Source of the DNA: Candidatus Hadarchaeum sp.
GTDB lineage: Archaea; Hadarchaeota; Hadarchaeia; Hadarchaeales; Hadarchaeaceae
Direction of reading: 5' to 3'
Length of the DNA stretch: 13,054 nt
Assembly (NCBI RefSeq): GCF_049969415.1
Contig: NZ_JBMFOX010000028.1
Span: forward strand, 1 to 13,054
Under the pieces are notes generated by a model. That model was not told where the DNA came from. It saw nothing but the letters and a program-made list of their open reading frames with translations, and made no database searches. How positions within the stretch are numbered: the first letter of the stretch is position 1; the number at the start of each line of letters is the position of its first letter. A program made the translations under genes and the position numbers. Shown here one piece after another: positions 6,736 through 13,054 of the stretch.

Positions 6736-7845
6736 ATGAAAAAGAGTATAGTGATTGCAGTTATAGTAGGGATAGTGATTGTGGTAGGGGCAGCAATTTG
6801 GATTGTAGGTCAACCGTCAACTACAGCAGAGAAGCCGAAGAGCATAGTTGTCCGGGCGTGGGGCGGTGGCTGGGAGCGCGCACTTGATGAGGCTGTGAGC
6901 AAGGCATTTGAAGAGGCAACTGGAATAAAAGTTGAATACGATTACACCGAGGACAGTGAGCTGCAGACGCGACTTCGTGAGATAATACCTGCAGGGCAGG
7001 TGCCGCCTGTTGATGTAAACTGGACCATATCTACCAACTCGTATCTGGAAGCGCAGTGGGGGCTCGTTTCTCCGATGTCTCTATCTGAGGTTCCAAACCT
7101 TGCCAAGATGAGGCCTGAGGCGAAGCCCGGGGCAGACGTAATGGTGTCATACGGTGACAAATGGCCGTATGTCAACGTGTATGCCTACACCTACGTGTTG
7201 GCATATGTGCCGAGCTTGGTTTCGGAAGTGCCAGATTCTTGGCGGGTGCTCTGGGAGCCGCAGTACAAGGGCAAAATAGCGATGTACGACGATGGCATAG
7301 GTTTCCACGCAGTTCTGGCCAGACTGGCGGGCGTTGAGATGAGCGAGGTCTTAGCCCATCCTGAAAAGATGGAGGCGGCATGGGACCTGCTCAAGACCTT
7401 GGCCCCAAGCATCGGGGGACTTGGTGAAGACCCGGACTTCTCCATGTGGATCGAGAGAAAGGAAATGGCGCTGCTGGTTACCATCCTGACTAACGTCTTC
7501 GAGGCGAAAAGAGCGGGAGCAGAGGTTGCTTGGGTGGTTCCTAAGGAAGGCGTTGAAGTGCACACAGATGCTTTGGAAGTGGTTAAAAATCTGCCGCCAG
7601 AACGTGATTACTGGGCCAAGCAGTACATCAACATCGCCTGTGATCCAGAGGTCCAGGGCAAGTGGGCGGAACTTCTGGGATGTCCACCACTGGCCGTTGG
7701 CGCGCCGATTCCAGACTATATGAAGGGCGACCCCGCGTTCCCCACCGAGCCTGAGCACTGGGCAATGAACATATTTGTGCCGGAGAATGTCCTAGCGAAG
7801 TACCAGAAGGAATGGTTTGCTAGGTTCCAAGAAATCACGGGCTGA
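6736..7845 (+). CDS. ABC transporter substrate-binding protein (PotD/PotF-like), N-terminal TM anchor
   Basis: MKK plus a hydrophobic helix with no lipobox, an S/T linker, then WGG, FEEATGIKV, PDSW..LW.PQYKGKI, VVPKEG and PEVQ motifs. Adjacent to two permeases. Confidence 0.92.
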   Translation: MKKSIVIAVIVGIVIVVGAAIWIVGQPSTTAEKPKSIVVRAWGGGWERALDEAVSKAFEEATGIKVEYDYTEDSELQTRLREIIPAGQVPPVDVNWTISTNSYLEAQWGLVSPMSLSEVPNLAKMRPEAKPGADVMVSYGDKWPYVNVYAYTYVLAYVPSLVSEVPDSWRVLWEPQYKGKIAMYDDGIGFHAVLARLAGVEMSEVLAHPEKMEAAWDLLKTLAPSIGGLGEDPDFSMWIERKEMALLVTILTNVFEAKRAGAEVAWVVPKEGVEVHTDALEVVKNLPPERDYWAKQYINIACDPEVQGKWAELLGCPPLAVGAPIPDYMKGDPAFPTEPEHWAMNIFVPENVLAKYQKEWFARFQEITG

Positions 7846-7890
7846 AGCCGGGATTAATCCCTACCATAGGCATGAAGGGGCGCAATTACT

Positions 7891-8790
7891 ATGGCGGCTG
7901 AGAGAGATTCCGATTCGATGAAGGCGAAAATTTACCTTTGGGCGAGAAAAAGAGTGGGTTATCTACTAACCCTCCCGGCATTAGTTTCCGTGGGAATAAT
8001 GGCGGTTGGCCTTTTTTATTTTTCACTCGTTAGTTTTTTTAAATACGATATTATCCAGATTTTCATCCCTGTTTTTACCATAGAAAATTATGTTCGAGTA
8101 TTCGCGACGGAGGGCGTCGTTTCCTCTTTCATAAGGACTTTCACTCTCACCACGATAACTTGCATACTGTGCCTTCTCATCGGAATTCCCTACGCGTATT
8201 TTATGGTGAGAACCAAGTCACTGATGCTCAAAAGGGCGCTGCTATTGATGACTTTGGTCCCCTTTTTCATAGGGGAAATCGTCAAGGCCTATTCTTGGCT
8301 GATAATATTGGGTGAGAAAGGACTGCTGGGGTCGGTGGCCCAACAGCTGTTTCATACCCCTATCAGCTTGGTCAACACACCCTATGCCGTTCTGATCGGG
8401 CTTCTTCATATGTTGCTACCCATGACAATTCTTCTCATCGCTCCCGCGGTGACCGCAGTTAGCGAATACACGGAAATGGCGGCCCAGAACCTCGGAGCCA
8501 CCCCCAGGCAGTGCTTCTTCCACATTGTCCTGCCCCAGCTAAAACCGGGAATCCTTGGAGCGCTGATAGTGACGTTTGCCATAGGGGCCACCGAATACGC
8601 AAACCCAGACCTGCTGGGCGGCGGCGTGTTTGACTTTGTGGCTAACGTGATGTACATGATGATTTTCAACGCCGTGAATTATCCCTACGGTGCGGCGATG
8701 GGCGTGGTTCTCGTGATAACGCTTTCGGCGATTGTTTACATAATCCTTAGAATAGGAAAGATCGGAAACATCTTCATCAGAGGAAGGTGA
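7891..8790 (+). CDS. ABC transporter permease (PotB-like)
   Basis: About six hydrophobic segments, an EAA-type loop EMAAQNLGA...F..IVLPQLKPG, and P.LLGG. An alternative ATG lies at 7918. Confidence 0.92.
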   Translation: MAAERDSDSMKAKIYLWARKRVGYLLTLPALVSVGIMAVGLFYFSLVSFFKYDIIQIFIPVFTIENYVRVFATEGVVSSFIRTFTLTTITCILCLLIGIPYAYFMVRTKSLMLKRALLLMTLVPFFIGEIVKAYSWLIILGEKGLLGSVAQQLFHTPISLVNTPYAVLIGLLHMLLPMTILLIAPAVTAVSEYTEMAAQNLGATPRQCFFHIVLPQLKPGILGALIVTFAIGATEYANPDLLGGGVFDFVANVMYMMIFNAVNYPYGAAMGVVLVITLSAIVYIILRIGKIGNIFIRGR

Positions 8791-8794
8791 TGGC

Positions 8795-9571
8795 TTGAGA
8801 TGGTACACCAAGATCTTTTTGGCCGGCATCATGTTATTTTTTATTCTTCCCCTGTTGATCGTGTTGATATGCTCCTTCACTAGTGCTCCGAGGGTGACCT
8901 TTCCTCCCGAAGGATTTTCAGTTCAATGGTACTTCACTGCTTTAACCTCTCCATGGTTCCAAACGGGCTTGAAAAACAGCTTGATTGCCGCAACATTCTG
9001 CACAATTTTAGCGATACCTATAGGCGCTTTAGCTTCCTATGGCCTCCTCCGATATAAAATAAAGGCAAGAAACGCGATACAAGTTTATCTGCTGCTTCCC
9101 TTTACCGTTCCGCTGGTGGTGCAGGGCATCTCATTGCTGTTTATCTATGCTCGCGCTGGCTTGGTGGGCAACATCTTGGGAATCGGTTTCGCCCTTATGG
9201 AGATAAATCTTCCTTTCATGCTCTGGTCCACCTCTTCTGCCGTCAATCGCATGGATCCAAATCTGGAGAACGCCTCGATGAGTCTGGGAGCCAATGAGAT
9301 CTACACGTTCATCCACATTACAATTCCGGCACTACTGCCCGGGATAATGTCGGGAGGGCTGCTTATGTTTGTCTTGGGTCTGAATGAATTTGTGACTAGC
9401 CTTATGCTGACGACGATTTGGTCGGCCACGCTTCCAATAAACATGTACACCAGGATCAAGACGGCGATTACGCCAGATGTAGCGGCGGCAGCAGCGATAT
9501 ACATAATTATCGCGGTAATTGCCATTATTATACTGGATAAGACAGTGGGCATCGAATCTTATCTAAAGTAA
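8795..9571 (+). CDS. ABC transporter permease (PotC-like)
   Basis: FPPEGFSVQWY, EAA loop LENASMSLGA...ITIPALLPG, and NEF/TLP motifs. TTG start with GGTGA RBS at 8786-8790. Confidence 0.92.
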   Translation: MRWYTKIFLAGIMLFFILPLLIVLICSFTSAPRVTFPPEGFSVQWYFTALTSPWFQTGLKNSLIAATFCTILAIPIGALASYGLLRYKIKARNAIQVYLLLPFTVPLVVQGISLLFIYARAGLVGNILGIGFALMEINLPFMLWSTSSAVNRMDPNLENASMSLGANEIYTFIHITIPALLPGIMSGGLLMFVLGLNEFVTSLMLTTIWSATLPINMYTRIKTAITPDVAAAAAIYIIIAVIAIIILDKTVGIESYLK

Positions 9572-9666
9572 GAGAACGGTGCAACTAAAAGCCTGCTTTA
9601 TGGCGGGGTCATTTTCCAAGGAGAACAGTTTAATAGCCGGTCGCACCCAGTAACTCAAGGATTCTG

Positions 9667-10200
9667 ATGGCAAAGGAGCCGATAAAAGAGGGCGAGAAAG
9701 ATAGGGTAAAAGAAGCTCAAAAGCCAGAGCAACCTAAGGGGAAGAAAAAGTTCACCGAGGTGGACCCGAGAACGCTCATCTCCGTCCCCACGATCCTCTG
9801 TCCCGTTTGCGGCCTCCCCATGGAGATAAAGGGGAGAAAGGAAGTTGAAAAGACGGCGCGGACGCTGCGGGGCAAGACTACGAGAAAAATCCCCCATCTG
9901 GTCTATCAGTGTGCTAAGGATAAGACTGAATTTAACCTGAACCTTGAGCGTCGTGGGGGTGGCTGCTTCATCGCCACCGCGGCCTTCGGTACCTCGATGG
10001 CGCATGAGATCAACGTACTCCGGTCTTTCCGGGACAACTATCTCATGAGGGAGAGCGCCGGCAGGCTGTTCGTCTCGCTCTATTACAGAACCTCACCCAC
10101 CATCGCTAGAATGATCAGTAGATCTAAGACGCTGAAATTCATCACCCGCGTCTTGTTGACACCGATCGTAAAAGCCGTCCAGAAAACCGTGGGACTTTGA
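9667..10200 (+). CDS. Protein with Zn-ribbon-like middle region and C-terminal CFI-box-CTERM domain
   Basis: CPVC...YQCAKD, then GGGCFIATAAFG...VLRSFRDNYL...GRLFVSLYYRTSP.IA, the hallmark of the CFI-box-CTERM domain. TTTAATA at 9629-9635 upstream. Confidence 0.85.
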   Translation: MAKEPIKEGEKDRVKEAQKPEQPKGKKKFTEVDPRTLISVPTILCPVCGLPMEIKGRKEVEKTARTLRGKTTRKIPHLVYQCAKDKTEFNLNLERRGGGCFIATAAFGTSMAHEINVLRSFRDNYLMRESAGRLFVSLYYRTSPTIARMISRSKTLKFITRVLLTPIVKAVQKTVGL

Positions 10201-10248
10201 GCTTAGGCGAATTTAGCCGAAGTTGAGCGGGTTGCCCGGACCGAGCAT

Positions 10249-10360
10249 TATTTAAGCAAGGAAGGATATGGTAGTCCAAGATACGTGTGGTCCCTCGAAG
10301 GGACATAGGAGAAATGGTTGAAACTGTTTTTCCGCACCGTATCTGAGAAAAAATAGGAGA
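10249..10360 (+). promoter_or_regulatory. TATA box, structured ~90-nt 5' leader and RBS of the CxxC-x17-CxxC gene
   Basis: TATTTAAG at 10249-10256, a three-way junction at 10279-10344, and AGGAGA RBS at 10355-10360. Confidence 0.6.
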
Positions 10361-10369
10361 GTTAGTAAA

Positions 10370-10546
10370 ATGGCATATGGTGGAAGATACGGCGGGCCAC
10401 GGAGGTTTGGACCCAGGGAAATGCACAAGGCAACCTGCTCAGACTGCGGCGCCGAGTGCGAGGTTCCCTTCCAGCCGACCGAGGGCAGACCTGTTTACTG
10501 CAGGGAATGCTTCCAGAAACGCCGGGGATCAAGACGGGGCCCGTAA
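10370..10546 (+). CDS. CxxC-x17-CxxC domain small zinc-binding protein (58 aa; absent from the ORF track)
   Basis: MAYGGRYGGPRRFGPREMHKATCSDCGAECEVPFQPTEGRPVYCRECFQKRRGSRRGP*. It carries the REMH.A.C..CG..CEVPF.P..GRPVYC..CF signature and has an AGGAGA RBS 9 nt upstream. Confidence 0.93.
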   Translation: MAYGGRYGGPRRFGPREMHKATCSDCGAECEVPFQPTEGRPVYCRECFQKRRGSRRGP

Positions 10547-10583
10547 GTTTTTAAACGATAGAGGGCAACCAAAATCTCAAGCG

Positions 10584-10688
10584 TTGGTCGCGGTTCAACC
10601 GAATCGTGATCGGATGGGGAGCGGTGCCTGAGGGTTATAACACCTCGATTTGTGGCAACCGCTCCAAAAAGGTTTTATTTTTTATTTT
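10584..10688 (+). ncRNA. Tandem hairpins plus U-tract: structured 3' UTR/terminator or independent small RNA
   Basis: Hairpin 1 pairs 10584-10596 with 10601-10613 (13 bp, G-U rich). Hairpin 2 is closed by GGAGCGGT/ACCGCTCC (10618-10665). A T-tract follows at 10673-10688, and a TATA-like TTTTTAAA precedes at 10548-10555. Confidence 0.4.
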
Positions 10689-10781
10689 GACTTTAAGATT
10701 CAAAAGCAGCTTACTTTTTTAGATGCAGCGCACTTTTGGCAGCTTTTATTGATCTTCTAGGGGTAAATATTGGTGGATGGC

Positions 10782-11537
10782 ATGAGACCCTCAAGATTTC
10801 TCTCCGGTTTTCGTCCGGTTTTCACGGCTCTGTTAATTTTCCTGACGTTGAACTTCAGTTTCTTTGCCGTCCTTTTCCTTTACCCCTCCTTACTGGATTG
10901 GCTGTGGCTCTCTGCGGACCGACCTTGGGGCATCTTAACCTCGGTTTTTTCTCACGTGGACTTGGAGCACATTTTCAGCAACGTCGCGGGTTTTATCTTT
11001 GCCTCGGCCTTGTTCATTCTGATCAACCTGAGAAAATCCAGACAGACCAGGCATCGGTTGAGCCGCCGTTTTTTATTGCTGGCATTTCTCGCAGGGATTG
11101 GTGCCAATGTTCTGGAGTATCCTTTCCTTTTGACCAGCCTGAAATCTGCATACGGTGCCTCAGGGGTTGTCTACGGTGCGCTGGGTATCGTCTTATCATG
11201 CGCGATTCAAGATCTTCCGGACAATTTTAGGTTCTTGATGCGGGGGCGCCAGCGCTTGGCAGGCAGGAGAAGAAAGAGAGTTCTCAGATTTAGCGCTATC
11301 GGAGTGAAATTTTATTCCAGCCTGATGTCCCTTTCGCTAGTCATTTCACTGTTGATTTTGGTCGTCTTGGATGTCAGCAGCTTCCTAAGCGTTGCACCGG
11401 GCGTCGATGTCTTTGCCCACGGAGTCGGGTTTCTAATCGGTTTTTTATCCTTTGGAGCCCTGCGAATTCTCGACAGAAAATATAGAAGACATCTGAGCAA
11501 CTCGAATGGCCCGCGCTTCTTCGGCTCTATCCTCTGA
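10782..11537 (+). CDS. Rhomboid-family intramembrane serine protease
   Basis: PWGILTSVFSH..LEHIFSN, catalytic GASG and AHGVG.LIG, with multiple TM segments. ATG 10782 has GGTGG upstream; the track's TTG at 10770 is an alternative start. Confidence 0.88.
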   Translation: MRPSRFLSGFRPVFTALLIFLTLNFSFFAVLFLYPSLLDWLWLSADRPWGILTSVFSHVDLEHIFSNVAGFIFASALFILINLRKSRQTRHRLSRRFLLLAFLAGIGANVLEYPFLLTSLKSAYGASGVVYGALGIVLSCAIQDLPDNFRFLMRGRQRLAGRRRKRVLRFSAIGVKFYSSLMSLSLVISLLILVVLDVSSFLSVAPGVDVFAHGVGFLIGFLSFGALRILDRKYRRHLSNSNGPRFFGSIL

Positions 11538-11628
11538 TTTGCAACGCTTTAAACACATTGCCTTTTGCATGCTAACGTTTTTGTCTGAAAGTCGACTATT
11601 TTAATCTAGGTGGAAGGGCAGAGTTGGT

Positions 11629-12918
11629 TTATTTTACTATCTCAATTTTCGCGCCCAGCTTTTGCATATCCTCGACGAATCCCGGATAAGAGACGGGGAT
11701 ATTATCAACGTTTTCGACAATCGTTTTGCCCTGAGCGACCAGTCCGGCCACTGCCAAAGCCATCGCCATCCTGTGGTCATCGTAAGACCATAATTTTGAG
11801 CCTCGGAGCTGTTCCGCCCCTTCTATTTTCAGCTCATCAGGTAACTCGGCTACTTCCACACCCAGTTTGCGCAGCTCGTTGGCAAGGGCGCGCAGCCGAT
11901 CGGTCTCCTTGAACCTCAGGTGCGGTATGTTGGTCAGCCTAGTTCTTCCGTCCGCGACTGCGCCGATGACGGCGAGGATGGGGACCAGATCGGGATTGTC
12001 GCCACAATCCGCCTCGATGCCGCTGAGCTCGCCCTCACCTGAGACCTCGACGGCGTTCTCGGAAACCTTCACCTCTGCGCCGAAGTCCTTTAGCAGCGTC
12101 ACAATGCGCTTGTCGCCCTGAGCTCCTTTGATGTCCAAGTTGTTCACCCTTACGGTGGAGCGGGTTATCGCCGCAGCCCCGAGCGGAAAGGCCGCCGAGG
12201 AGAAGTCTCCGGGGATGGTTATCTTAATCGGCTTCAGGGTCTGTCCTCCAGGAATTTTGAAGTTCATGAGCTTGCCGTCGTGCTTTATTTTTGCACCCGC
12301 CCTTTCGAGCAGTTCCAGCGTGATCTCAACGTAGGGTTTCGAGCGCAGCTCACCGGTGATGGTGAGGCTGACGTCATTTTTGGCATAGGGCGCGGCGAGC
12401 AAAATGGCCGAGATGAATTGGGAGCTTATGCCTCCGGTAATCTCCACATCGCCTCCCTCCAACCCGCCGCCGACGATGACGGGGGGCCGGCCCTCCTTTC
12501 CCTCGCATCTGGCCTTTGTACCAAGTTCGGCCAGCGTTTCAATCAAGGGGCCCATCGGACGCTGCAGAATTGATTGGTCGCCGGTGAGCTTGATGGGCTC
12601 CGGAGAGATTGCGGCAATGGCGCTCATCAGCCTGATGGTGGTGCCCGAGTTGCGCGCGTCAATCAATCTTTTGAGCGGTCTTAAATTTCCGCCAGTGCCG
12701 CGCACCCTCCAGACCTTGCCCTCTTGAGTTACCTCAGCGCCCATCGCCCTTACCGCTTCAATCGTAGCCATGGTGTCGTAGCCGATGAGGGGATCCCTTA
12801 TAACGCTTTCTCCCTCAGCAAGCAGCGCTATCATGAAGGCGCGGTGGGTGTATGATTTCGATGGTGGCGCGGTTATCTCGCCCGCAAGCTTCGACGGCCT
12901 GACAATTAGCGCGTTCAT
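11629..12918 (-). CDS. aroA: 3-phosphoshikimate 1-carboxyvinyltransferase (EPSP synthase)
   Basis: PPSKSYTHR, NSGTTIR, RPM, SSQFISA, SKPY, PGDFSSA, PDLVP, LRFKETDR and DHRMAM. A TATA-like TTTTTAAG lies on the minus strand at 12942-12949. Confidence 0.97.
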   Translation of the reverse strand: MNALIVRPSKLAGEITAPPSKSYTHRAFMIALLAEGESVIRDPLIGYDTMATIEAVRAMGAEVTQEGKVWRVRGTGGNLRPLKRLIDARNSGTTIRLMSAIAAISPEPIKLTGDQSILQRPMGPLIETLAELGTKARCEGKEGRPPVIVGGGLEGGDVEITGGISSQFISAILLAAPYAKNDVSLTITGELRSKPYVEITLELLERAGAKIKHDGKLMNFKIPGGQTLKPIKITIPGDFSSAAFPLGAAAITRSTVRVNNLDIKGAQGDKRIVTLLKDFGAEVKVSENAVEVSGEGELSGIEADCGDNPDLVPILAVIGAVADGRTRLTNIPHLRFKETDRLRALANELRKLGVEVAELPDELKIEGAEQLRGSKLWSYDDHRMAMALAVAGLVAQGKTIVENVDNIPVSYPGFVEDMQKLGAKIEIVK

Positions 12919-13054
12919 GTTCTTCCAGCCAGATATTGTTTCTTAAAAATAAAGAGAAATCGGTAGGTTTGAAATGACGCCTTTAGTTGCTGCATTGTTA
13001 CATTAAATTTTTAAAATTGTCCTGAGACCGGTGTTTTGGCGGCTGGGGGCTGGA

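Noticed and set aside
2253-9666. Integrative element at tRNA-Ala with an att repeat
   Set aside because: No duplicate of the tRNA 3' end was found by eye (only a short GGTCCACC inside the permease), and there is no integrase or transposase in the window.
10377-10631. 84-aa + strand ORF from the track
   Set aside because: Out-of-frame shadow of the real CxxC-x17-CxxC gene (10370-10546).
10260-10700. Possible RNase P or SRP RNA, C/D or H/ACA guide, or SECIS
   Set aside because: No RNase P P4 consensus, no proper RUGAUGA/CUGA pair, no ACA tail, and the central part is protein-coding.
1-13054. CRISPR array, IS element, rRNA, selenocysteine in the hydrogenase
   Set aside because: No spaced direct repeats, transposase or rRNA-like sequence were seen. 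The L2 motif uses ordinary Cys codons.

Overview
Archaeal chromosomal segment. The archaeal call rests on a BHB-intron tRNA with A57, TTTAWA boxes about 25-35 nt upstream of many starts, GGTGG/GGTGA-type RBS and a TM-anchored solute-binding protein; the exact lineage cannot be fixed from sequence alone. Left to right: the 3' end of a group 3b-like [NiFe]-hydrogenase large subunit, its maturation protease, a stand-alone degenerate cNMP-binding-fold protein, an orphan pdxT, and tRNA-Ala(CGC) with a 21-nt intron at the non-canonical D-arm position 22/23. Next is an accessory-looking cluster (about 2.4-9.6 kb): an SDR divergent from a HisD paralogue (Zn ligands Q->E and D->N) coupled to a HisB/IGPD paralogue (one Mn-ligand His and phosphate-binding residues lost), followed by a PotABCD-like ABC transporter. 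This is the best candidate for an undescribed uptake/catabolic pathway built from repurposed histidine-biosynthesis enzymes. Two gene relics missed by the ORF track lie in or beside it: a membrane-protein C-terminus at 2295-2429 and a frameshifted 2-oxoacid/acetoin dehydrogenase E1-beta C-terminus at 6487-6670. On the right are a Zn-ribbon-like/CFI-box-CTERM protein, an unannotated 58-aa CxxC-x17-CxxC gene with a three-way-junction 5' leader and a downstream double hairpin (possible sRNA), a rhomboid protease and aroA.
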